Translations under genes and position numbers: made by a program | In this document: positions 35,791 through 47,686 of the stretch, in pieces | Layout: each line of letters begins with the position of its first letter | Position numbering within the stretch: position 1 is the stretch's first letter | Notes under the pieces: generated by a model | What the model saw: only the letters and a program-made list of their open reading frames with translations | Database searches by the model: none | Told to the model about the DNA's origin: nothing | Assembly (NCBI GenBank): GCA_030324005.1 | Contig: JARDVH010000042.1 | Coordinates: 108,207,391 to 108,271,390, forward strand | Reading direction: 5' to 3' | DNA: 64,000 bases | Source of the DNA: Negaprion brevirostris | Taxonomy: Eukaryota

Positions 35791-38260
35791 CCCCTTTCTT
35801 GTCAAAAGAAACACTTCCAATGGAGAAAAACTATTTGCAATACAGTCTTTACTTGCTGTCCCTTCTCCCTCACCTGAAGTCCCTGATTTTATAAATTCAG
35901 AGGGTCTTGAGGCTTGACAGTTCTCCCACATCTCAGTCTGTCATGCTTGGAGGAATGATAGCAATTTTCTGTGTTTCTAATACTTGGTTATCCTGATTTA
36001 ATTCACTTTTACTCTCCTACCAGTTGCATTCCTCTTCATTAGCAACTTGTCTGTTTTTTTTTGAACGCTGTTTTTGTCTCTTTCCTTCCGAAGGGAATGT
36101 GCGCTCTGCTCAGTCCTCGAGTGGTCTTAAGTTTTCTTTTTGCCAGGTGTCTGTCTCGTCCTTGATGAATGTATATATTTCACAAATGAAACCTTCATTT
36201 CCACTTGTTTAACCAGACATTTGTTTGCCGTTTCATTTTCAAATCCTTTTGCAAGCTCATGAATCTTGTCATTCAGTTCCATGCTTTTCAATACGTCTGA
36301 GACATCCAGTGCCTTTTCTACTTCTAGTGTCTGGTGCTTCAGTGGCAGATTTATAGTTTTTACCTTCTCTATAGTTTGAAAATTTCTTTGCTTTTTCCTT
36401 TCCATGCCTCTTTGCATTCAACGGCTTCTTCAGCTCTTCAGCCAGTTTCTTGTAGCTTTTGGCTTCTTCCTGGAATATGGAACATTGCTGAATCTCCTCT
36501 ACCAACTGACTATTCAATTTTTTCAGGATGACATTAAATTCATTCTGCTTCTTTTGCAATTTTCCAGTGGCCCAGTGTTTATCCTGAGGGATTCTTGTAG
36601 TGTGTGAAGGTTCTTCAACAGGTTTTCCTTTGTGAAGCTCGTTTGCTTCAACCTGAGCTTTCCTGTGATTCCTCAGAGTCTCTTGGAGTTTCCTTCGCTG
36701 TGCTTTCATGCTGCTGCTTAAGACGGATTTCATTTCCTCATGGTGCATTCCTTTTGCATTCAATCTTAAAGGACAACCAACGGTTCTTTCAATTATTTAT
36801 TTTCTTGTTGACCTCTTGCTGACTCACTCTGTGTTCCAGTGCATGGCCTCATTGTGACTGATTGTTCAATGTAGCTTTTCCTGAAATAATATTCAGTCGT
36901 CCTTTTTTTTTTAGCTCTTCCTGGTTTTCCACGGCTACAGATGAATTCTGCAAGTAGTCTTTCAAGTTCACAATTGTTTTGCCTATCCAATCTGCCTTCT
37001 GTTTTGGGTGTGCTTTTGGTTGAGTTCTGCTGCAAGTCTCCTGTAAATTCCCCTAGATTTCCACTCTTGTGTCTGCTTTAGCCATTTTCTTCTCCAAACT
37101 GAGTTTGGCTGTTCTAGGTTTCTGTCCATGGCCGTTTTGTATTTTAGTAGTTTCTGCTTTAAATGTTATTGCCACTTTAAGGCTACCTGTGCAGTGATTT
37201 TTTTTTCATTCAGGTTGACTGCAGCTGTCAGCTTTGTTTTTCAAATGCTCTTTTTGGTTTTGACTGGCTCCTTGCGACTGTGGGCCTTTTTCCCAGCTTT
37301 TGAAACTGAAGCAATTTCCTCTCTGTCGAAGAAGCCAAGGACCCAACTGAAGGGTTTCCCTTTCCCTTGTACTCTGCAGGCTTTTTTCCTTTCACTTATT
37401 GTGCTCTACAGGTTTCTCTTAAGACTTTTAAAAATCTATTCTGCTTATTGTCCTTGGTTCTTTTTCCAATCACCTTAAATCCTAGCTACGGACTGAATTT
37501 GGGTTATCATATTATCCCTACAGTGCAACAGGAGACACGATGGCACAATGGTTAGCACTGCTTCCTCACAGCGTCAATTCCAGCCTTGAGTGACAGACTG
37601 TATGGAGCTTGCATGTTCTCCCTGTGACTGACCGGGTTTCCACTGGGTGCTACGGTTTCCTCCCACAGTCCAAAAATGTGCGGGTTAGGTGGATAGGCCA
37701 CGCTAAATTTCCCCAAGATGTATTGGCTAGAAGGGTTAGCCACTGTGCGGGGTTTTGGGGATAGGGTGGGGGNNNNNNNNNNNNNNNNNNNNNNNNNNNN
37801 GAGAGAGCAGTTGCAGACTAGATGGACTGAATGGCCTCCTTCTGCAGTGTAGGGATTCAATGTTTTTTTAAAAATTCAGTCCGGTTACCAGTTTTTATGG
37901 TGCCATTGTTCCTTGTGCGGATATCTTTCAGCTTCCCTTTGGATGCTGACTCCTGGCTAACTGCGCTGCCTATTTTAGAAATGTAAGCACAGCTTTATTT
38001 TTGTATTTTTGCTCACCTGTATTTGTGATCTGACCAAGTATTTATACATTCTTTCACTCGGGTCTGACACTGGACCACCACTTAGTCTGGTGCATTCTTC
38101 CACTTAAGTCTTGTCACAAAGCTTCTTCAACAGTTTCTTCTTAGGTGCAAGTCTCTTTCGTCCAGCTTCAGCTGCTTTTAGTATTTCATGTCTTGGGAAT
38201 TTGATATGAAATCAAATTTCATATCACTGCTAATAACAGTGTTGTATGATGGGATCATAT
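35780..38260 (-). pseudogene. Decayed intronless K/E/Q-rich, coiled-coil-like coding region of unknown family, interrupted by a SINE
   Basis: Strong purine skew on the minus strand over ~2.5 kb. Overlapping ORF pieces (36793-37035, 36269-36763, 36127-36417, 35680-35931) and flanking frames read as charged helical protein broken by frameshifts and isolated stops. Confidence 0.55.
37535..37862 (+). mobile_element. HE1 SINE inserted in the decayed coding region
   Basis: CACGATGGCACAATGGTTAGCACTGC...GGCCTCCTTCTGCAGTGTAGGGATTC. Confidence 0.85.
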
Positions 38261-38620
38261 GATGTTTCACTGATGAGATCTTGAGCCTTGTATGCTTAAA
38301 GAGATTAGTAGGGGTATAATATGTAGAGATATGAGGGTAGGGCCTGGGTGGGATTGTGTTCGGTGCAGACTCGGGCCGAAGGGCCTCTTTCTGCACTGTA
38401 GGGTTCTATGATCTAAAGGAGAATCATTTATTGTTAATCCTTAACAATGTACGATCCCAATTACTGTCATGCATGGTGCAGCTGTTCCTATGCAGGCTAA
38501 TTCTAGACTGTTAGCTCTGCTTATTACCATGTGACGCTATACATTATACTATGGGCAGTGCTGTTCTCCAGTCCCATATGAACCCTTCCTCTGCCTTTAC
38601 ATTACTGTGACTTGCAGGCA
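38260..38620. repeat. Diverged direct repeat, copy 2 (contains a SINE tail at 38301-38413)
   Basis: ATGAGATCTTGAGCCTTGTATGCTTAAA[SINE tail]...GAATCATTTA...ATCCCAATTACTGTCATGCATGGTGC...ATTCTAGA...TATTACCATGTGAC...ACTATGGG...AACCCTT. Confidence 0.8.
38301..38413 (+). mobile_element. 5'-truncated HE1 SINE tail
   Basis: GGGCCTGGGTGGGATTGTG..GGTGCAGACTCG..CTGCACTGTAGGGTTCTATGATC; absent from the partner repeat at 35540. Confidence 0.8.
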
Positions 38621-39779
38621 CATAAAACAATGTAAAACATTTATATGTTTCACTTTTGAGCAGTTTTCCTCTTCCACATCTTGTATCATCTAAATGTGCA
38701 TGTGGAACTGTGAATAATTGTGTAGATAACCTTAGATTGGTTATTTGCATCTGGGACACAGGCAGGAATTAAAGCAGGACTAGATTGGATCTGACGTCTG
38801 CATGAAGAAAAACCATCCGTTGTCTACTAAACATTAATTTAAATATGAAGAGAACTAATAGCCTTTCCTCCCTATTCTTAATTTCTACCATTCTAAAGCC
38901 ATGCATGTACCCACAACATATAGAGCTGTCTATTGAATAAGACAGTTGACGTCCTTATCGGGCAGGGGTTGAACAACATAAAAGGGCTTCTGCCTGACTG
39001 GAACTTGAACTGCAGTAATTGACTTGCGTTGTAAAGATGCCCCGTGTGAGACCAATTTAGTATCACATTGTCTCTTGGCTTGATTCAGAACGGATGGGAG
39101 CTTGAGTCCCCAAAGTAAAAGGTTGNNNNNNNNNNNNNNNNNNNNNNNNNNNNNNNNNNNNNNNNNNNNNNNNNNNNNNNNNNNNNNNNNNNNNNNNNNN
39201 NNNNNNNNNNNNNNNNNNNNNNNNNNNNNNNNNNNNNNNNNNNNNNNNNNNNNNNNNNNNNNNNNNNNNNNNNNNNNNNNNNNNNNNNNNNNNNNNNNNN
39301 NNNNNNNNNNNNNNNNNNNNNNNNNNNNNNNNNNNNNNNNNNNNNNNNNNNNNNNNNNNNNNNNNNNNNNNNNNNNNNNNNNNNNNNNNNNNNNNNNNAG
39401 ACTGAACTGGAAACTTCTGGTTCTGCCGGTGATAGGCATTGTTGAAGGCAGGATGAGAGAATTTAAAGAGTCGCCTATAATTTCCTATCCTACCTGTGCC
39501 AGTACCTGCCACTGGTGCAGCTGGCAAATCCAGCTTATGTTTCTGATGTACTTTGCATCTAGCTAAAACAATTTAAAAATCTTTACTCGGTGCATGCTTG
39601 TAGATGTGGAAACAAAACATTACAAGTTAATAATATTTCTGAATAATATCAATAAACATTTTTGGTGATTATTGTAATTGTTTTATAAATTGAGCTTCTT
39701 TAATAGGCAGTTTGATACTAAACCAAATTGTATCTTTTGTAAGCAAGGGGGAAACAATTATGATAAAGGCAAAACACTG

Positions 39780-39956
39780 TATCAGCTGGAATCCGAAGCA
39801 AAAACAGAAAATGCTGGAAAATCTCAGCAGGTCTGGCAGCATCTGTTGAAGGAGAGTAGTTCTGACAAAGGGTCATCCAGACTCGAAACACTGTGCCTAT
39901 TCTACCTCCATAGATGCAATGAGATCTGCTGAGATTTCCTGGCATTTTCTGTTGTT
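39780..39956. mobile_element. Penelope-like palindromic remnant
   Basis: Arms AACAGAAAATGCTGGAAAATCTCAGCAG / CTGCTGAGATTTCCTGGCATTTTCTGTT; central CTGACAAAGGGTC-ATCCA-GACTCGAAAC. Confidence 0.7.
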
Positions 39957-40085
39957 GGAAACAATTCTCAATTGTTTCATAATATGAGACAGTAATAGTG
40001 AAATGGTCCACAGTGGTTGAATTTCATTTTCAAATTCATGCACTTGATAGGGGATTTTGCAATATTACATATACATTTTGCCACT

Positions 40086-40985
40086 CAGGAACAGGAGTGG
40101 ACCATTTAGCTTCTTAAGCCTGCTGCGCCATTCAGTTAGATCATGGTTGTTCTGCAACCAAAGTCTATACCTGTCTTTACGCCATATCCTTTCCTACCTT
40201 TTAGTAACACATTTTTTTCATTTTCAGGTTTAAAATTAACAATGGATCTCACGTCAAATACCATTGAGGGTGGCATGGTGGCACAGTGGTTAGCACTGCT
40301 GCCTCACAGCGCCAGGGACCTGGGTTCAATTCCCGGCTCGGGTCACTGTACGTGGAGTTTGCACGTTCTCCTGTGTCTGTGTGGGTTTCCTTCGGGTGCT
40401 CCGTTTTCCTCCATAGTTCAAAGATGTGCCGGTTAGGTGAATTGGCCATACTAAATTGTCCCATAGCGTCAGGGGGAAGAGCAGGGTAAATGCATGGGCT
40501 TATGGGGATAGGGCCTGGGTGAGATTATGGTTGGTACAGACTTGACGGGCCAAATGGCCTCCTTCTGCACTGTCGGATTCTATCTATGATTCATGTGTGG
40601 AAGAGTTCTCAGCTTCTGTAATCCTTTTTTGTGGAAAGAACGTTCTCTAATCTTACCCCAGAAATGTCTGGACCAAGCTTTTTGATTATATCCGTAATCC
40701 TGGACCCCAAATCAATGGGACCAATTTTTCCCTTTCTACCTTTATCTGTTTCCCCTCTCCTATCTTGAAAACTTCAATCAAATCATCCTTTAACTTTCTA
40801 AATTCTGGGGAGTACAGCCCTAGTTTGTACATTCCTTTGCAATTTAATTCTGAGTCCAAATATCATTCTAGTAAATTTCCTTTAAAGCTTTCCAATGCCA
40901 GTATATCTTTTGTAAGATGTAGTGGTGCCTAGAATTGCTTACACTAATGCAAATGTGGCCTAACCAGCACTTGTCTAATTGAAGC
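40086..40985 (-). mobile_element. Old CR1 LINE 3' portion with nested HE1 SINE
   Basis: Reverse-complement tail CAGGAACAGGAGTGGACCATTTAG..GATCATGGTTG; decayed ORF2 through TGTGGCCTAACCAG. Confidence 0.6.
40268..40592 (+). mobile_element. HE1 SINE, full length (tail A)
   Basis: GGGTGGCATGGTGGCACAGTGGTTAGCACTGCTGCCTCACAGCGCCAGGGACC...GGATTCTATCTATGATTC. Confidence 0.9.
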
Positions 40986-41728
40986 TGGCATCTCTCTCAT
41001 CTTTTTGATTCTTTTCTCTACCTGTTCTTAACACTTTCATGAACTGTACACTTGGACTCCCAAATCTGGTGGGACTGTTTCCAGTGGAAACATAGGAGAG
41101 GTGTCACTGAAGGGAGAGTTATTGAGTGCTGCTCCATTGTACCTGGCTGATTACATTAGTATGAGGTCTGGAAGTAGACTGCTGTCCAATGCTTCCCCCT
41201 CCCTGGCATTGCCCTTTGGCAATGGCTAGGCATTCCCTGAGCAATGCCGGGGGCAGTGTTGGCTAGTGCCCAGGCGTGACCCCTCCCCACCAAGTGATGC
41301 ACTCACCTGAGCTCCTCTGGAAGGTCAGCCCACCTGGTGTATGCCATCGGACACCAGTTGTAATGGTTGATAAGTAATATTTTACATTGAGAGTTGTGCT
41401 GTGCACTGCAGACTTGGTAGAAACATCATAAATGCCCCCCTCTGTTCGCTGTTGTCAATTTTGTTATTAAACCTGAGCGACTTGGCTTTAAGAGGTAACA
41501 ATTTAGCAACCAAGTTAAATAGTGCATGAGCACCAAACATAATTTGGAGCATTGTAATAAACTCCCAAGTCATGAGGTGACTGAATGTAAGTTCATACAG
41601 AACATCATGGGCAAACAAACTGATGATGAAATGGAGGCCTATTTGGTGGTGCACATCCTTCTGTAAATTTTTGCTGAAATGATGATCACAAGGTCCTTCT
41701 CTTAAGGAACATCTGCTCTTGACACTTA

Positions 41729-41855
41729 GGCTGGAATTTTACTGCCCTGCCCACCACGGGAATCGTAGCAGGCAAGGGGCGGACAAAGAAACGGTCCATT
41801 GACTTTGGGTAGGATTTTACTGTTTTGGAACGAGCTAGGCTGTAAAATCCCACCC
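41729..41855. mobile_element. Short Harbinger-like MITE
   Basis: TIRs GGCTGGAATTTTAC / GTAAAATCCCACCC flanked by TTA / TCA. Confidence 0.65.
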
Positions 41856-42096
41856 TCATAACAGATATGAGCCCTTTATAATGTGTCCAATCTTACCTTG
41901 ACTTCCATTCCAAGGAGAATAATTTTATTCCAGCAAGGTGTGGAAGACTGTCCTGAAGATAACAAGTCTGTTTTTTCTTCAGTATTTCATCAAATCCTTC
42001 TCTGATATAAGTATTCATGGGGAAAGGCCTACCATATAACTGACTGAGTTTGCCCTGTGAGTAGTTACATCACACAAATCAGGAAGCCGCCTCAGA

Positions 42097-42630
42097 GGTG
42101 GCATGATGGCACAGTGGTTAGCACTGCTGCTTCACAGCGCAGGAGACTCGGGCTCAATCCCGTCCTCAGGTCACTGTCTGTACGGAGTTTGCACATGATC
42201 CCCATGCGTTTCCTCTGGGTGCTGTGGTTTCCTCCCAGAGTCCAAAGATGTGTAGGTTAGAACAAAGAACGGTACAGCACAGGAAACAGGCCCTTCGGCC
42301 CTCCAAGCCTGTGCTGCTCATTGGTCCAACTAGACCATTCTGTATCCCTCTGTTCCCAGTCTGCTCATGTGACTATCCACGTAAGTCTGAGACAATCCCA
42401 GCGTGTCCACCCCCCCCACCCTATTTGGCAGCGCATTCCAGGCCCCCACCAGCGTCTGTGTAAAAAAAAAAAGTCCCATTGATTGGCCACGATAAATTGA
42501 CCCTTAGTTTCAGGGGGATTAGAAAGGTAAATATATGGGGTTACGGGGATGGGACCTGGTGGATCGTTTTTGGGGCAAGCTCAATGGACCGAATGGCCTC
42601 CTTTAGCACTGTATCGATGATTCTATGGAA
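42097..42630 (+). mobile_element. HE1 SINE interrupted by an antisense CR1 tail (42259-42478)
   Basis: SINE breaks at ...GTAGGTTAG and resumes at TTGATTGGCC; insert begins AGAACAAAGAACGGTACAGCACAGGAAACAGGCCCTTCGGCCC. Confidence 0.8.
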
Positions 42631-43689
42631 TTCCAGGTTGGCCTGTGCTTTGACTGATCTGATACATGGAGATAGTTGAAGCTTTTCAATTAGTTTTGTT
42701 ATCCTTCAATTAGAGGCAGGGAAAGCCATCCAAGGTTTGCACTTAAACAACCCTGCTAGAGGTGTGTGATGTGGATAGATTTAGGTTTAGTTCGGATGTT
42801 TTCTGTGATTGAGGGATATAAAGCAGCAGGTACTTGTTACTGTAGTAATATTGATGTGCTGTAAAATGTTGAGTGGCTTACCCCAGGGATTGGTGGTGGG
42901 GCCCCTACTGTTTCTAATTTACAGTACCAGTGGATTGAGAAGCTTGGTGCTAGCTAATCAAATGCGCAGGTAGTGTAAAGTAAATTAGATAAAATATAAA
43001 AGTGAGCAGCCGGTGCCAGTTCATCCTTAGTAAACTGGGCTGTGGGATTAGATTGGACAGCTCTTTCAAGAATGAAGTAGGTCCTGCTGTGATGTGAGTT
43101 TCGGTGGATTGTGAGTGAATTCAGTGGCCAATTAATGACAGTANNNNNNNNNNNNNNNNNNNNNNNNNNNNNNNNNNNNNNNNNNNNNNNNNNNNNNNNN
43201 NNNNNNNNNNNNNNNNNNNNNNNNNNNNNNNNNNNNNNNNNNNTTAATGACAGTAAGGATTACCAGGAAGTAGGAGCCACAGTGGAGCCTGCTGCTGCCT
43301 TGCAGAAGAGAGCCAGCAAAACCTCCGGACGGTGAATCCCCCTACCCCAGCCACCCTACACTCCCTCAGTGCAAAAATGATCAAACAGTCAAATACAAAT
43401 TCCACTAACTTTATCAACAGGATAAAAACCTTAACTTTTGCTTGCTTTGAATCCAGCAGTTATGCACTGGTGTGTCCCTCCTCTTGGGGTTTTCTGATTG
43501 CAATTTTGAAAATTGCATTCTCACCCTCCCTGGCTCATTAGGAGCTTTATGGTAAATTAATTGAAGGTGAGAGGGTTCCCTATCTTCCCCAGTACTCTTC
43601 CTTCAAAAATCACAGCACACATTGGAACTGGCATTAACCAGTGGTTTTCTTTGGAAGCATGAGTTTTGACTTGCTCTACCTCCTTCCCC

Positions 43690-44530
43690 AACCATTGAAA
43701 GCATCCTTTCTGGTTGTATTACAGCTTGGCATGGCTCCTGCTCTGACCAAGATCACAGGAAACTACGAAGTGTTGTAAACATAGCCTAACCCATCATGCA
43801 AACCAGCCTCCCATCCAGTGACTTTGTCTACACTTCCTGTTGCCTCAGAAAAGCAGCCATCATAATCAAGGACCCAAGTATCCAAGAAGTATCCAACTTT
43901 TTCTGTCGGGAAAAAGATACAAACTGACTCAAGAACAGGCTGCCATCAGACTTTTGGCAGGACCTACCATATATTAAAATTTAATGTTTATTCGTGTCAC
44001 AAGTAGGCTTAGATTTACACTGCAATGAAGTTACTGTAAAAAGCTCCTAATTGCCACACTCTAGTACACTGAAGGAGAATTTAGCATGGCCNNNNNNNNN
44101 NNNNNNNNNNNNNNNNNNNNNNNNNNNNNNNNNNNNNNNNNNNNNNNNNNNNNNNNNNNNNNNNNNNNNNNNNNNNNNNNNNNNNNNNNNNAGCATGTCT
44201 TTCAGACTATGGGAGGAAACCAGAGCACCCAGAGGAAACCCATGCAGACGTGGGGAGAATGTGCAGACTCCGCACATACCATGATCCAAGCCGGGAATTG
44301 AACCCAGGCTCCCTGCACAGTGACGCAGCAGTATGAACTACCATCCCACCCATTAGGCTGATCTTTCTTTACGCCCTATCTGTAACTGCAGTGCTATATT
44401 CTGTACCCTCTCCTTTCCTTGTCTCCTCTGTACCCTATGAATGGTATATTTTGTCTGTATAGCGCACAAGAAGCAATACTTTTCACTGTATCCCTGTACA
44501 CGTGACAGTAATAAATCAGATAAAAAAAAA
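43690..44530 (+). mobile_element. Rex1/Babar-type LINE 3' portion with nested type-B SINE (43976-44352, minus strand)
   Basis: Peptide TIESILSGCITAWHGSCSDQDHRKLRSVVNIA; tail AATACTTTTCACTGTA..GTGACAGTAATAAATCA. Confidence 0.8.
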
Positions 44531-45459
44531 GCACTGGCAATTGAAAACCGTAGCCTATTCTGTTCTACAGGAATAAATAACAGACAACATATATACTCCA
44601 TAAAAAGTGTTGGACAAGCTCGGGATGAAGTTCAGTGAGATTTAGTTTATCAGACTTGCTCCTCCCAGGCAATAATCCCTCGAAGCTGCATGGCCATCTG
44701 AAAAAGTGAAAGAATAGCTCGTGGAGGTGAATGAAAATATGAGGTTCAAAGAAGACAAGAGAGAACTTTTCCTCCAAGTCCAGTCACTGCAAAGCAGCAT
44801 TTCAAGAAACCAAATAGATTGCTGAACTACGTCTTCAAAACAGCAGGCAATAAGTTTCTACAAATCAACCAAAAATTGTGGAATAAAACCTTGACTGCTA
44901 TATTTAGACACCGAGACATAATGGAGACATTCAAGCTTTGGAAGGAGCTGTACTAAAGATTGTTGAGACTAATTCCTTAGATGACGGGACTGTGTTATGA
45001 GAAAAGAACCTGAAGAATTTGCACCTTTTGGCCTTGGAATTAATTAACTGAGTGGTGACCTCACTGAAACATTTAAGGCAGCAAGTGCTATTAAGAAGTT
45101 ACATCCAAATTAGTGCTTCAAGTTGATAATCTGGTGGCATTATTAGATTGCTGTCAGCAAATTATTTACATGCTCGCCAATTAGAATAAACTGGGTTCCT
45201 CATTAAAGATAAAATCAAAATCATCCAGTAAACAACTGGGTGCTGTGATGAATGGACGGTTGATTTTTTTTCCCCACTGCTTGGGTGGACTGGGATGCAT
45301 GTGGCCTTCCTCATCGAGAGTGGGCCTGTGTAATCTCCTGACTCAGCCTGCCAATACTTCGCATCAAGGTTCAGACATGATTGCCACTGAGGTAAATTAT
45401 TCAGGATCACCCTGTTTCTCATTGCATCAGTGAAAAAGTATTGTGTGTTCGTGTCAGTG

Positions 45460-45790
45460 TTGTTCGTCCATCACCGTCGATGAGGACTTCAACACCTTTA
45501 GTCATTTTGAGGCTGGATGCAGTGTGTCCAAAGATGACTGATCAGGCCAATTCAGGCAGAGAATGTCCTGGCGCATATTTGCACAGATTCGTGTAGTCAC
45601 TGTAGTTGTTGCGCTGGTGGCTCTGGACTTGCACAGCTCGCGCTTAAGTTGTGCTTCAGCAATGCAAATTGCTTCATGAGCTTGACAGCTCTTGTGGATG
45701 AGGCAGCGCCAGGTAGGGCGGTTTTGTGCCAGTGTTTTGCAGGTGGGTCATGTCTATGTCAAGCGACACTGCATCACTACCTTCTGGAAG
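45460..45790 (-). mobile_element. RTE-type LINE 3' end (old)
   Basis: TTGTTCGTCCATC..CGATGAGGAC...GATGACTGATCAGGCCAATTC...GCTTAAGTTGTGC resembles the antisense of an RTE C-terminal zinc-finger region and tail. Confidence 0.45.
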
Positions 45791-46412
45791 AGAGCGGGAG
45801 AGAAGGGGGTTGCAGGGATGGTGGGGAGAAGAACACTGGAAGAGGAAGTTGGTTAGGAAACAAATTTTTCCAAAAGCATGCCATAATATTTCAACGCTGT
45901 TTCAGGTGATGAGAGCAACATTTTAAATCATCAAAAAAGCTGAACATTTTTGAAAGTCCCAGTGATTTATTTCTCAATGTAAAAAAGGAATGTATTGATT
46001 TTCCACGTACCGTACCATCATTCATTCAGTAGAAGTAAATAAATGTTTATTATTCTTCAGCTTGACTTCCATTTTTTCAGCCTAGGTTTGGACAGGCTTG
46101 GTAAATGTCACACTCTGGGATCACCACACTTTATTATATGAAGTAGCCTATCCAATATTGTTGTGAAAGTGATATCTCTTGAGGTTTGGTTTGTATTTAT
46201 GAGATTGAGCAGATGGAAGAAAGAGAACAAGATTTAGACAAATCTCCACTGCACTAACATGTCTTATAGCTGTTAGATTGTGTTTGTTCTTTCTATGTCT
46301 CAGTCAAATTGAAGGGTTTTCAAGAACATAAAATCTGACAGCATCAAAACGTTATAGACACGTTGTTCTGCAGGAATGATGTTGCAATAGAAAGCAACAT
46401 TTATGACAGCTC

Positions 46413-46558
46413 AGAATCATAGAATCATATAATCCCTATAGTGTGGAAGGAAGCCATTCGGCCCATCGAGTCTGCACCAGCAACAATCCCACCTTGGCAC
46501 TAAACCTGTAACCCCACACATTTACACCGCTAATCCCTCTAACCTACACATCCAAGGA
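46413..46558 (-). mobile_element. HE1 SINE 3' fragment
   Basis: AGAATCATAGAATCAT..CCATTCGGCCCATCGAGTCTGCACC. Confidence 0.85.
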
Positions 46559-47467
46559 CTCTGTCTGCTGCCACTCTGCCTGAGATCAGTGAGGGGGAAG
46601 GGGNNNNNNNNNNNNNNNNNNNNNNNNNNNNNNNNNNNNNNNNNNNNNNNNNNNNNNNNNNNNNNNNNNNNNNNNNNNNNNNNNNNNNNNNNNNNNNNNN
46701 NNNNNNNNNNNNNNNNNNNNNNNNNNNNNNNNNNNNNNNNNNNNNNNNNNNNNNNNNNNNNNNNNNNNNNNNNNNNNNNNNNNNNNNNNNNNNNNNNNNN
46801 NNNNNNNNNNNNNNNNNNNNNNNNNNNNNNNNNNNNNNNNNNNNNNNNNNNNNNNNNNNNNNNNNNNNNNNNNNNNNNNNNNNNNNNNNNNNNNNNNNNN
46901 NNNNNNNNNNNNNNNNNNNNNNNNNNNNNNNNNNNNNNNNNNNNNNNNNNNNNNNNNNNNNNNNNNNNNNNNNNNNNNNNNNNNNNNNNNNNNNNNNNNN
47001 NNNNNNNNNNNNNNNNNNNNNNNNNNNNNNNNNNNNNNNNNNNNNNNNNNNNNNNNNNNNNNNNNNNNNNNNNNNNNNNNNNNNNNNNNNNNNNNNNNNN
47101 NNNNNNNNNNNNNNNNNNNNNNNNNNNNNNNNNNNNNNNNNNNNNNNNNNNNNNNNNNNNNNNNNNNNNNNNNNNNNNNNNNNNNNNNNNNNNNNNNNNN
47201 NNNNNNNNNNNNNNNNNNNNNNNNNNNNNNNNNNNNNNNNNNNNNNNNNNNNNNNNNNNNNNNNNNNNNNNNNNNNNNNNNNNNNNNNNNNNNNNNNNNN
47301 NNNNNNNNNNNNNNNNNNNNNNNNNNNNNNNNNNNNNNNNNNNNGAAAAATGCAACATTTATAGGTGTGATGCAAATTCTAGCAGAGTCATAACTTGCTG
47401 CTTTGCTCGAATTATATCTGGCTTTGACTTTTTTTAAGTTCAAATTTCAGTTTAAGTTAAATTTGGT

Positions 47468-47686
47468 TCCCCTAGTCGCCACACTCCGGCCCTGTTTGGG
47501 TATACTGAGACAGTATTTATCATGGCCAGTGCATTTAACCAGCATGTCTTTTGGAATATGGGAAGAAACCAAAGCACTTGGAGGAGACACAGGGAGAACG
47601 TGCAGACTCCGCACAGACGTTGAATTGAACCCAGGTCCCTGACGCTCTGAGATAGCAATGCTAATCATTGTGCCACCGTGCCGCCA
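47468..47686 (-). mobile_element. HE1-type SINE, tail B
   Basis: CCCTAGTCGCCACACTCCGG...GAATTGAACCCAGGTCCCTGACGCT...TGTGCCACCGTGCCGCC. Confidence 0.85.

Noticed and set aside
40268-40345. tRNA genes at the A/B-box sequences
   Set aside because: These are SINE heads continuous with the V-domain and tail, not stand-alone cloverleafs.
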